Assembly: GCA_038245905.1 (NCBI GenBank)
Contig: JBBRRY010000002.1
Span: 128,001-192,000, forward strand
Direction: 5' to 3'
DNA: 64,000 nt
From: Thermoanaerobaculia bacterium
Lineage (GTDB): Bacteria; Acidobacteriota; Thermoanaerobaculia; UBA5066
The position numbers and the translations under genes are program-made. The notes below the pieces were generated by a model. The model did no database searches and had not been told where the DNA came from. It saw nothing but the letters and a program-made list of their open reading frames with translations. Positions 17,360 to 26,330 of this stretch are shown piece after piece (the first letter of the stretch is position 1; every line of letters begins with the position of its first letter).

Positions 17360-18453
17360 TGGGCGCCGTCCTCATCTTGCTCACGCTCGGCCTCGCGTTC
17401 GCGAACGGCGCGAACGACGTCTCGAAGGGTATCGCCACACTCGTGGGCTCGGGCACGACGAGGTACCGCGCCGCCGTGATGTGGGGATCCGCGTGGACTC
17501 TCGCGGGCGGCCTCGCGGCCTCGTTCGCGTCGCAGGGCCTCGTCGCCACGTTCAGCGGCAAGGGCCTCCTCGTGAACCCGCCCACCGGAAGCGCGTTTCT
17601 GCTCTCCGTCGCGTGCGGAGCGATTGCGTGGCTCCTCTTCGCGAACAGAGCGGGCCTCCCCGTCTCCACGACGCACGCGCTGACGGGCGCTCTCGCAGGA
17701 GCCGGGATCATGGCGGCAGGCGCTTCAGGCGTCGCGTGGCCTGCCGTCGCGAAAAAGGTGGCCCTGCCTCTCGCGCTCTCACCGCTTCTCGCGCTCGCCG
17801 TGATGCTCGTCCTCTCGCCCCTTCTCGCGCCCGTCCTCCGGCGCTTTCATCGTTTCTGTGTGTGCCTCGAGCGGCGCGAGACGGTTCCGGCGGCGTCCGC
17901 CGGGGCGACCGCTTCCATGAGCGTTTCGGGGCTGCCGGGCGTCGGTGTTCTCGCCGGCTCGGCCTGCCCTCCCGACACGCTCGTGCGCGTCAACGCGCTC
18001 GACACGCTCCACTGGGTGTCATCCGGGGCCACGAGCTTCTTTCGCGGGCTGAACGACACGCCGAAAATTCTCGCGCTCGGGTTCGTGGCCGCCACCGTCC
18101 AGGGGGTCGGACTCGGCGGCTCTTACCTGGCCGTCGCCCTCGCGATGGGTCTCGGAAGCGCGCTCGGCGGCTTCCGCGTCACCGAGACACTCGCCACGAA
18201 AGTCACGAAGATGACCCCCGACAAAGGCCTTCTCGCAAACCTCACGACGTCCGTGCTCGTGAGCGCCGCGTCGTTCTGGGCGCTCCCGGTCTCGACCACG
18301 CACGTTTCTTCGGGCGCGATCATGGGGATCGGAGCGGCCTCGAAGGCGGCGGGCCTCCAGTGGAAGACCGTCCGGGAGATGCTCCTCGCGTGGGTCGTGA
18401 CGCTGCCCGTCGCCGCGCTCCTCTCGGCCCTCGTCTTTCGCATGCTCTCCTGA
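17359..18453 (+). CDS. PiT-family inorganic phosphate/oxyanion transporter
   Basis: ANGANDVSK and GLNDTPK signatures, two PVSTTH motifs; TGATG overlap with upstream gene. Confidence 0.88.
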   Translation: MGAVLILLTLGLAFANGANDVSKGIATLVGSGTTRYRAAVMWGSAWTLAGGLAASFASQGLVATFSGKGLLVNPPTGSAFLLSVACGAIAWLLFANRAGLPVSTTHALTGALAGAGIMAAGASGVAWPAVAKKVALPLALSPLLALAVMLVLSPLLAPVLRRFHRFCVCLERRETVPAASAGATASMSVSGLPGVGVLAGSACPPDTLVRVNALDTLHWVSSGATSFFRGLNDTPKILALGFVAATVQGVGLGGSYLAVALAMGLGSALGGFRVTETLATKVTKMTPDKGLLANLTTSVLVSAASFWALPVSTTHVSSGAIMGIGAASKAAGLQWKTVREMLLAWVVTLPVAALLSALVFRMLS

Positions 18454-18504
18454 GGCCGCGTCGATCTCCGGGGCAGATGAGGCGCGCCGTCGTCGTGGGG
18501 CCGT

Positions 18505-19440
18505 TCAGCCCCGAAGCGCGCGGATCTTCTCGAGATGGCTGCCGTCGTGGCCGGCGAGGACCTCGGCAAGCTCTTCGAGCGTCAGCTCCCCCTTCTTCGG
18601 GTGAAGGCCCGGACGCCGCCACGCCGCATGCGGCAGCGCGCGGAGGAGGACGAGCGTGTCCTCGCGGAGCCGGCGGAATTCCTTCGCGACGGCCGTGGGG
18701 TCGGCTTCGGCGTACTTGAGCTGGGTGGCGGCCCGGTCGTTGTCAAGAATCCAGAACGCGGGGCGCTCCGAGAAGGCCATCTTCGAGAAGCGCTCCTGAT
18801 AGACGCGCTCGATGTCGCGGATGTGGGCGGCGTTCTCGATCATCGACCATTTGCCGGACGGCCCGCGCCGCCGGAGCACGTCGTCCGGCGCGCCCTTGAG
18901 CGCGGCGGCAAGGGCCGCGGGGGCGGCCGCGAGGCGATCGAGAAGGGCCGCCTTTCGTTTCACCGCCTCGATCTGGGCGAGGTGCGCCACATCGTTGCCC
19001 AGGGCATGCCTCGCGACCAGCTCGTCGATCGTGAACCGGCCCATCGTCTCGTGGACGCCGGCGCGCCGCCACTGCTCGGGCTTCGCCTTCTTGAGGAGGC
19101 GAAGGCTCTCGCGTCGGAGGCGCATCCAGTCGCGCAGGACGTCGGCGGCCTTCTGGCCGCGGTAGTCGCGCTCGATGGCGAGGGCGTCGCCGTTGACGTC
19201 TGGAAGCTTCGGCTCGGGCTCGGCGAGGATGCGCGTGTACCTCTCGAGATACGCCTCGCGCTCCATGTCGCGCATGTGGCAGAGGATCTCCAGGATCGAC
19301 CACTTGCCCGGCGACGGCGTGAAGAGCAGCAGCTTCTTCGGGACCCCTCGAAGCGCCTCTTTGAGAGCCGCCGGCGTCGCCGCGAGCGTATCGAGGTGGC
19401 GGGCGCGTTCGTTCACGATCGGGGACGTCGTATCAGGCAT
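18505..19440 (-). CDS. Tandem DinB/YfiT-domain protein
   Basis: Two repeats each with GKWS..E...H.RD.E and a C-terminal D..HL..I. Confidence 0.85.
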   Translation of the reverse strand: MPDTTSPIVNERARHLDTLAATPAALKEALRGVPKKLLLFTPSPGKWSILEILCHMRDMEREAYLERYTRILAEPEPKLPDVNGDALAIERDYRGQKAADVLRDWMRLRRESLRLLKKAKPEQWRRAGVHETMGRFTIDELVARHALGNDVAHLAQIEAVKRKAALLDRLAAAPAALAAALKGAPDDVLRRRGPSGKWSMIENAAHIRDIERVYQERFSKMAFSERPAFWILDNDRAATQLKYAEADPTAVAKEFRRLREDTLVLLRALPHAAWRRPGLHPKKGELTLEELAEVLAGHDGSHLEKIRALRG

Positions 19441-20044
19441 GGAAGGCTCCCGTCTTGGCGATTGGCGTCGTGGGCTCTTCCGGCTCCGGGAAGAGCAGCT
19501 CCTGCGGTTTGAGACGAAGGAGAAGAGCGTCGAGAACGAGCGCGCCCCACTCGTCGCGGCGCGCGGGGTCGAGCGCGAGGTACGGGACACCCCACGCCGC
19601 GAGGGTCTGGTCGATGGAACCGTCGATTTCGCGCTGGAACGCGAGATCCGTGTCGCGCACGCCGTCGAAGCGTGGGTCGCCGACGATCGGCACCTTGAAG
19701 AGCGCGTCGTACGTCGTCGTCCAGGTCCTCACGAGGCCCTCGAGCACGGCCTCCGAAGGGGCGCCGGTGAACGCCCGCCGCATGTAACAGAAGTTGTCGA
19801 GGACCGCCCGGTCGCAGAACACGACGTCGGCCTTGGCCTCGGCCTGCAGCTCCCAGGCAATCTGCGTGTGGAGAATCCAGGCCTGCGCCTTGAGGGTCGT
19901 CTCCCGGTTGATCGGCAGCGGACATTCACGCGCGACCTCCCGAACGAGCTCGACGGTCAGGTCCCTCTTCTTGACGGCTGCCGCGAGGTCGTAGCAGAGC
20001 GTGGTTTTTCCGACGCCGTGGGTGCCGATGAACGCGACTTTCAT
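19433..20044 (-). CDS. AAA_28 (NadR/Ttd14-like) P-loop NTPase/kinase
   Basis: GTHGVGKTT, EVARE, CDRAVLDN, DGVRD. Confidence 0.8.
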   Translation of the reverse strand: MKVAFIGTHGVGKTTLCYDLAAAVKKRDLTVELVREVARECPLPINRETTLKAQAWILHTQIAWELQAEAKADVVFCDRAVLDNFCYMRRAFTGAPSEAVLEGLVRTWTTTYDALFKVPIVGDPRFDGVRDTDLAFQREIDGSIDQTLAAWGVPYLALDPARRDEWGALVLDALLLRLKPQELLFPEPEEPTTPIAKTGAFHA

Positions 20045-20190
20045 CCGGACCGGAGGATATCAGCGGTGTGCGGTGCGTCACGAGGCGGCCCGCCCGGCGC
20101 CCCGAGGCCATCCTCTGGCGCTCCCGATCAACGGAGAAACGTGGACAGGCGGGCCGTCCGGAGCTAGCTTTCCCTCAGAAGGAGAACGCC

Positions 20191-20772
20191 ATGAAAGTTC
20201 GCCGCCCGCTCCTCACTTCGGTTCTCGCCTCCCTGTTGCTCCTGTCCATGGGGCCGATGCCCGCGCCCATCTACATGAACATCCCGGCGGGGGAAATGCT
20301 CAGGCTCGGGACGAGGCTCGAGCTCAAGAATGCCGTCCTGTGCGACGGCAGCGTCCGGCTCGAACCCGGTTCGTACGACCTCCACTTCAAGTCGATGGGA
20401 GACGGCAGCGTTCACGTGACCATCAGCGGCAACGGCAAGACCTGCCATGCGACCGGAAAGGTGCAGGGCCACGACGGGATCATCATTCAGGGCGGACTCC
20501 AGCCGGGCGCCACGAACGCAGTCGTCGTCCAGGGCGGCAAGCAGCCGAGCAAGGCGCCATCCTTCGCGACCATGGGCTTCACGCCGCAGAGCCAGGCGAT
20601 TCCGCAAATCCAGGGAAACCACCTGAACGTGATCGTGAACGGCCAGGGAACGAACCAGATCCTGATCGGGCTTCTGCTCCCGGCGGTCCAGAAGAGCTTC
20701 GGGGACGGCTCGGTTCACCCCGGCGGCGCCAACGTTCCGTCCGAACACAAGGTCCAGCCCGTCGGCAAGTGA
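20191..20772 (+). CDS. Secreted hypothetical protein with DGSV repeats and IGLLLPAVQK motif
   Basis: AAGGAG RBS before ATG 20191; signal peptide; typical codon usage. Confidence 0.7.
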   Translation: MKVRRPLLTSVLASLLLLSMGPMPAPIYMNIPAGEMLRLGTRLELKNAVLCDGSVRLEPGSYDLHFKSMGDGSVHVTISGNGKTCHATGKVQGHDGIIIQGGLQPGATNAVVVQGGKQPSKAPSFATMGFTPQSQAIPQIQGNHLNVIVNGQGTNQILIGLLLPAVQKSFGDGSVHPGGANVPSEHKVQPVGK

Positions 20773-20775
20773 CCC

Positions 20776-21936
20776 TCAGCGCGGCGCGGGGAGGCCGACC
20801 TCGGCGAAGAGCCTCTCCGTGTCCTCGCCGAGCCGCGGCGGCGCGACAGGTGCGGGATCCTCGAATTCCTCGAGGAAGAACGGCGGACGAACCGTGGGCA
20901 CGGACCGTCCGTCGCGCGTCGTCTCGAGGATCGACCCGAGCGCCGTCGCCTGGGGCGAATGCAACGCATCGAGCGGGCCCGCGACGGGTCCCGAGGGGAT
21001 GCCCGCGGCCTTGCAGCGTAGGAGCCACGTCGCGCGGGGCTCCTTAGCGAAGAGCGCCGCGAGAATCGGGACGAGCTCCTTGCGGTTGACGACGCGCGCG
21101 GCATTCGTCGAGAAACGCGGGTCCGACGCAAGATCGCTACGGCCGAGTACCTTTCCGGAGAGGACCTCGAATTGCCGGTCGGTTCCCACGGCGAGAAGAA
21201 AGCCTCCGTCCGAGGCTTCGAACGCGCGATATGGCTCGATTGTCGCGTGCGAGTTGCCGTGGCGCGTCGCTTCCCGTCCGGTCACGAGGGCCGAGCCGGC
21301 GACGTTGACGAGCGCCGCGAGCCCCGTCGAGACGAGGTTCGTCTTCACGTGCGATCCCGTTCCGTCGCGCTCGCGCGCCTGAAGCCCCGCGAGAATCGCC
21401 GTCGCCGCGGACCACCCGGCGAGGACGTCGATCAGCGCGACGCCCATCTTGTGCGGCGCTCCGTCCGGCGGCCCCGTGATCCACATGTGCCCGGTCGCAC
21501 CCTGCGCGAGGAGGTCGAACCCGGGATCTCCGCATTCCGGACCGGTGTCGCCCGCTCCCGAAATCGAGCAGACGACTAGGCGCGGATTCAGCTCACGAAG
21601 CGTCTCGACCGACAGGCCTCGCCTCTCGAGAGCGCCCGGAAGAAAATTCTCGACGAGAACGTCCGCCTGCCTGGCCCAGCGCCGCACGAACTCCTGGCCT
21701 TCCGGCGTGCCGAGGTCCACGGCGGCCGACTCCTTCCGGCGGTTCACCGAGAGGAAGTACGCCGATTCGCCCTCCAGCGCCGGCGGCTTCCAGCCGCGCG
21801 AGAAATCGCCGCCCCGCGGGTCCTCGACCTTGACGACGCGCGCCCCGAGGTCCGCGAGGACCATCGTCGCGAGCGGGCCCGCGAGCACGCGTGACAAATC
21901 GAGCACGACGATGCCGTCGAGAGGTGGCTTTCGCAT
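20776..21936 (-). CDS. CaiB/BaiF (family III) CoA-transferase
   Basis: DLSRVLAGP, LADLGA.V.KVE, NRRKES, DVLVENF, SISG.G, FDL. Confidence 0.9.
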   Translation of the reverse strand: MRKPPLDGIVVLDLSRVLAGPLATMVLADLGARVVKVEDPRGGDFSRGWKPPALEGESAYFLSVNRRKESAAVDLGTPEGQEFVRRWARQADVLVENFLPGALERRGLSVETLRELNPRLVVCSISGAGDTGPECGDPGFDLLAQGATGHMWITGPPDGAPHKMGVALIDVLAGWSAATAILAGLQARERDGTGSHVKTNLVSTGLAALVNVAGSALVTGREATRHGNSHATIEPYRAFEASDGGFLLAVGTDRQFEVLSGKVLGRSDLASDPRFSTNAARVVNRKELVPILAALFAKEPRATWLLRCKAAGIPSGPVAGPLDALHSPQATALGSILETTRDGRSVPTVRPPFFLEEFEDPAPVAPPRLGEDTERLFAEVGLPAPR

Positions 21937-24260
21937 CAGAACAAGGGACGTTTGACGACCAGGATCGTCGTGTCGTCGGACGGGGCCCCCTTGCCCACGT
22001 GCAGGCGCCAGTCCGCGAGGAGCGCCTCGACGATCGAATCGGGCGGGCGCCGCCATAGACTGGTGGATTCGAGGACGACGCGCGGCCGGTCGAAGCCGTA
22101 GGGCGCGTCGAAGCGGTCGGTCCCTTCGAAGAGCCCGTCCGAGGCGATCACGAGAACGCCGCCCTTCGGAATCTCGAACGGCACGTCCTGGTACGTGCGC
22201 TTCGGCCCCTGGCCGAGCGGCAGGCCGGAGCCGGCGATCTCGGAGGCCTTTCCCTCGTGCAAGAGGATCGGGAACGGATGGCCCGCATTCGCGAGAACTC
22301 CGCCTCCCCCCTTCGGATCGAGCTTCAGGAGCGCGAGGGACGTGAACAGGCGGCCGCTCCGGCCCATCCTGAGCACGCGGTCGATCTCGACGAGGATTTC
22401 CGAGGGCCTGCGCCCCGCCTTCACGAGGCTCGCGAGCGCGGCCATGACCATGGCCTGCTGGATCCCGCAGGAGTACCCGTGGCCCGAGACGTCGCCCGCG
22501 GCGATCCAGAGCGCGCCCGATTCGTCCTGCACGAAGTCGTAGAGATCGCCGCCCGCCTCCGTCGCGAGAATCGTCTTCACCGAGAGCTCGAGACCCGGCA
22601 CGACGGGCGGCTTCTCCGGCAGCAGCGAGAGCTGCATGCGAGAGAGGAGGTCCATCTCGTACTTCACGCGGCGCTCGGACTCGAGGCGCCTCACGTAGCC
22701 GGGCGCGGCGAGTCGGCCCTCCTCGTCACGCTCGGGCCGAGCAAGCCCGACCGCACCCGCGGCGGCGATCGCGAGGAGCGGCCCCACCGTGAGAAGCGCC
22801 GAAAAAAGGTTGCCGTCGAGATGCAGGCACGCGACCAGGGCGTCCCTCAGGAGCGCGGATGAGACGGCGGCGACCAGGAGCGCCGCGAGCCCATAGCGGT
22901 CGAACGCCCAGAGGAGCACCGCGGTGAACGCGAGAGACAGCGCGAGCCCCGCTCCCCACGGGTGGAGAGGCATCGAGATCGAGGAATAGAGGGCGAAGAG
23001 GACGGCTGCGGCGACGCTCGCAAACCGGCGCGGCAGGACGAATCGGAAGAGGGCGACGAAGAGCACGAAGAGCGCGGTGTCGAAGGCCCCCTCGAAAAAG
23101 GGCCCCTTGTGCGGCTGGAAGAGCGGATATGGAAACGACGGAGAGGTCGGCCAGACGCTCTTCGACGAGGAGATCGCGGCCGCGCTGAAGGCCAGCAGGG
23201 AGACTCCGACCAGCGCCGCGCCTCCGCCGAGGCCCGCGAGGATCGCCCGGCCGCCGCGCGGGCCGAGGCGCCCCGCGGCGAACGCGTCGAGGCTCGTCGT
23301 GAAGCCCGGCACGGTGTCGCGGAGAAGCGACTCCGCCACTGTCCAGAGCCCGAGCAGGTAGAGCAGCAGGAAGATCCGCGCGCCGATCACGAACACGGCG
23401 AGGCCGCCAAGGATCGCGTCGTCGCCCAGTCCCGCCGCGATCTCGTAGACCGCGGCGAGCAGGACGAGCGCGATTCCGATCGCGAACCCGAGGCGCCTCT
23501 TGTAGAGGAGGACTCCGAAAGACGTCACGACGAACAGGAAGAGGAGCAGCCACGGGGCCAGCTTGTAGAACCGGCGGGCGATCCCTTCGGCGTTGAAGAG
23601 CTTCGGCGCGTCGGGGTCCGAGAGCGCCCGCTTGTCCGAGAAGCTCACGTTTCCGGTTTCCTGCAGAACGAGCACCTCGACGGGCTTTGCGCCCGTCCGT
23701 TCGAGGGGCCGGACCCGGATGATCGTGTTCCCTCCGGAAAACTCGAATTCCTGGCCCGCTCTCCCCTGCCCGGCCGCGAGCGATGCCTCGACGCGATCGA
23801 AGAAGGCACGGCGAAGGAGCTGGGCTTTCGTGTCGGTCGCCTCGAAGAGCGAGCCGGCGGGACTCCACTCCAGCGCCTGCAGGGAGCCGTCCGGAAAGAA
23901 GGCGAAGCGCGCGGGACCGGCGCCCGTCAGCGGCACGTCGAGCCTCCCGGAGACCGTCCAGGCCATCGCACCGCCGGTGGCCTCGAGATATGCCGGCGCC
24001 GCACCGCGGAGACGCCGGTACGCGCGCTCGAACGTCGCTCCCTCGTCGGGCCGCCCGTCGAGATCGATGGAGGTTCGCGAGAGCGTGGCCCCGGCGGCCG
24101 AGGCGATCGCCCGGGCCTTCTCGATCAATCCCAACGGGCGGGGGTTCGGCGCGCGCCACTCCGGAAGCACGCGCAGCGCGGCGAAGAGCCCGGCCGCGAG
24201 GAGGACCGCTCCCACGCCCAGCGCGGCGCGCGGCAAGCGCGGCGTGCCGGGAGCGCTCAA
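21936..24260 (-). CDS. Membrane-bound PP2C/SpoIIE-type Ser/Thr phosphatase
   Basis: Multiple TMs then GGDLYDF, GDVSGHG, NAGHP, SDGLFE, DDTT; TTG start overlaps nadA stop. Confidence 0.85.
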   Translation of the reverse strand: MSAPGTPRLPRAALGVGAVLLAAGLFAALRVLPEWRAPNPRPLGLIEKARAIASAAGATLSRTSIDLDGRPDEGATFERAYRRLRGAAPAYLEATGGAMAWTVSGRLDVPLTGAGPARFAFFPDGSLQALEWSPAGSLFEATDTKAQLLRRAFFDRVEASLAAGQGRAGQEFEFSGGNTIIRVRPLERTGAKPVEVLVLQETGNVSFSDKRALSDPDAPKLFNAEGIARRFYKLAPWLLLFLFVVTSFGVLLYKRRLGFAIGIALVLLAAVYEIAAGLGDDAILGGLAVFVIGARIFLLLYLLGLWTVAESLLRDTVPGFTTSLDAFAAGRLGPRGGRAILAGLGGGAALVGVSLLAFSAAAISSSKSVWPTSPSFPYPLFQPHKGPFFEGAFDTALFVLFVALFRFVLPRRFASVAAAVLFALYSSISMPLHPWGAGLALSLAFTAVLLWAFDRYGLAALLVAAVSSALLRDALVACLHLDGNLFSALLTVGPLLAIAAAGAVGLARPERDEEGRLAAPGYVRRLESERRVKYEMDLLSRMQLSLLPEKPPVVPGLELSVKTILATEAGGDLYDFVQDESGALWIAAGDVSGHGYSCGIQQAMVMAALASLVKAGRRPSEILVEIDRVLRMGRSGRLFTSLALLKLDPKGGGGVLANAGHPFPILLHEGKASEIAGSGLPLGQGPKRTYQDVPFEIPKGGVLVIASDGLFEGTDRFDAPYGFDRPRVVLESTSLWRRPPDSIVEALLADWRLHVGKGAPSDDTTILVVKRPLF

Positions 24261-25240
24261 GACCGCGAGCCGAGGGGTGTCAGAACGAGCCCCTTCGTCA
24301 TCTCGAGCATGCGGTCGATCGCGCGCTTCGCCGGGAGGCGCACGGCCTCCTGGACCTCGAGAACCGGCGCCAGGTCGCGGAGGCAGAGATAGAGCTTCTC
24401 GAGCGTGTTGCGCTTCATGTGCGGGCACGTGTTGCACGCGCAATCGGCGACGGGAGGCGCCGGGATCAGCGTCTTCCCCGGCGCGGCGCGGCGCATCTGG
24501 TGAAGAATGCCCTCCTCGGTCGCCACGATGAACGACGTCTTCGGCGACGTCACGACGTGCTTCAGAAGGCCCGACGTCGATGCCACCACGGTCGCGTGCC
24601 TGAGGATGGCCTCCTCGCATTCCGGGTGCGCGATGACCTCGGCTTCAGGATGGCGCGTCATGAGGCCGATGAGCTTCTTCTCCGAGAACGTTTCGTGCAC
24701 GATGCAGGTGCCCGGCCACACCACGAACTTCCGGTTCAGCTTCTTCTCGAGCCACGCCGCGAGGTTCCGGTCCGGAGCGAAGACCACCGGATCGGGAATT
24801 TGCCGAAGGATCACTTCCGCCGAGGAGGACGTCACGATGACGTCCGAGAGCGCCTTCACGCCGGCCGAGCAGTTGATGTAGCTGACGACCGTGTGACCCG
24901 GGTACTTTCTCAACCATTCTTCGAAAAGCGGCGCCGGGCAGCCGTCGGCCAGCGAACAGCCCGCCTCGAGGTCCGGCACGACGACGGTCTTCTCCGGCGT
25001 GAGGATCTTCGACGTCTCCGCCATGAAGTGAACGCCCGCGAAGGCGATGACCCGCTCCGTCGCCTGCGCTCCCTTGCGCGCGAGCTCGAGCGAGTCGCCC
25101 ACGAAGTCCGCGAGATCCTGGATCTCGGACTCCTGGTAATAGTGGGCCAGAACGATCGCGTTCCGCTCCTTCTTCAGGCGGAGGATCTCCGCCTCGAGGT
25201 CGAGCTGCGGAGGAGATTCGATCGCACTCATCCGGCTCAT
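24257..25240 (-). CDS. nadA: Quinolinate synthase A
   Basis: LAHYYQ, GDSL.L, GVHFMAE, GCSLAD, YINCSA, CIVHE, AHPEC, CPHMK. Confidence 0.95.
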   Translation of the reverse strand: MSRMSAIESPPQLDLEAEILRLKKERNAIVLAHYYQESEIQDLADFVGDSLELARKGAQATERVIAFAGVHFMAETSKILTPEKTVVVPDLEAGCSLADGCPAPLFEEWLRKYPGHTVVSYINCSAGVKALSDVIVTSSSAEVILRQIPDPVVFAPDRNLAAWLEKKLNRKFVVWPGTCIVHETFSEKKLIGLMTRHPEAEVIAHPECEEAILRHATVVASTSGLLKHVVTSPKTSFIVATEEGILHQMRRAAPGKTLIPAPPVADCACNTCPHMKRNTLEKLYLCLRDLAPVLEVQEAVRLPAKRAIDRMLEMTKGLVLTPLGSRS

Positions 25241-25290
25241 CTTAACGCCGCGCACAGGGGCCGAATTCCCTTTGCTAGACTGAGCCCCCG

Positions 25291-26313
25291 ATGAGCGCAC
25301 GCGCTGAATCCATGGCTCCGACCTCGTCCCCGTGGATTTCGAATCCGCGGTGGGACCTGATCGTCCTCTCCTTCTCCGCCATCCTCGTGGCCGTGCCCCC
25401 GCTCGTCCACTCCCTCGGGAAGACGACGGCCGGGGGGGTCGACATCCTGATCACGCTCCTGGTCGGCGGCCCCCACATGTACGCGACGTTCCTGAAGACG
25501 GTCTTCGAGCCGAACTTCCGGAAGCTCCACCCCGCGCTGACGTTCGCGCCGGTCGTGATCATTCCCCTTCTCGTGATCTCGGGCGCCATCTTCGCCTTCC
25601 AGGCTCTTCTGACGTTCTTCTTCACGTGGGCCTCGATGCACGTCTGCGATCAGGCCTCGTATATCGCCTACCTCTACCGGGAAAAGGGCGGCGCCGCGAA
25701 GCCGTGGCAGCGCGGCCTCGACGTCTCCGTGATCCTGTTCTCCCTATACAGCTACGCGATGTACCGGCACGTCGCGGGGACGTTCCAGATCGGCGACACG
25801 ACGCTCTGGTTCCCCTCGTTTCTCAAGCACGCGTGGTTCGCGAACTCGTTCGCCGTCGTCACGGCGGGGCTCATCGCGGCGTGGGTCGTCTACACGCTCA
25901 ACCAGCTCCGGCGCGGCGAGGTCGGCGGCCCATACGTCTTCTTCATGTCGCTCACGGTCGGGGTCGCGCTCCTCGTGCCGCGCCTTCCCGAGCTCTCGAT
26001 CTCCTTCCAGGGCTTCAACGCCTGGCACTCCTTCCAGTACCTCGGGCTCACGTACCTCATCCTCCAGCAGGACAACACGATCGCGAAGGAGAGCCTCGCG
26101 AAGAAGCTCGCGAAGCCCGGGAAGTTCTTCCGGTACTACGGCTGGAACATCCTCCTGACGACGGGGGCTACGCTCATCATCGTCCTCCTCACGATCGTCC
26201 TGAAGCTGCCGGCCGAGCCGAGCTACTACGCGGTCGTCCTCTCCTTCCTCCTCGTGCACTACGCGCACGACCACGTGCTCTTCGCCTTCGGGAGCGGGTT
26301 CCGCCCGAAGTGA
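25291..26313 (+). CDS. Polytopic membrane protein with His-containing motifs
   Basis: 8-9 TM helices; GPHMYATF, WASMHVCDQ, WHSFQY, VHYAHDH. Confidence 0.7.
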   Translation: MSARAESMAPTSSPWISNPRWDLIVLSFSAILVAVPPLVHSLGKTTAGGVDILITLLVGGPHMYATFLKTVFEPNFRKLHPALTFAPVVIIPLLVISGAIFAFQALLTFFFTWASMHVCDQASYIAYLYREKGGAAKPWQRGLDVSVILFSLYSYAMYRHVAGTFQIGDTTLWFPSFLKHAWFANSFAVVTAGLIAAWVVYTLNQLRRGEVGGPYVFFMSLTVGVALLVPRLPELSISFQGFNAWHSFQYLGLTYLILQQDNTIAKESLAKKLAKPGKFFRYYGWNILLTTGATLIIVLLTIVLKLPAEPSYYAVVLSFLLVHYAHDHVLFAFGSGFRPK

Positions 26314-26330
26314 CGGTTTCCGGGTTCCGC

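Noticed and set aside
17357-17361. TGA after terminal Cys-Cys as possible selenocysteine
   Set aside because: It is part of a TGATG stop/start overlap with the PiT gene; the read-through frame is not protein-like and no SECIS is evident
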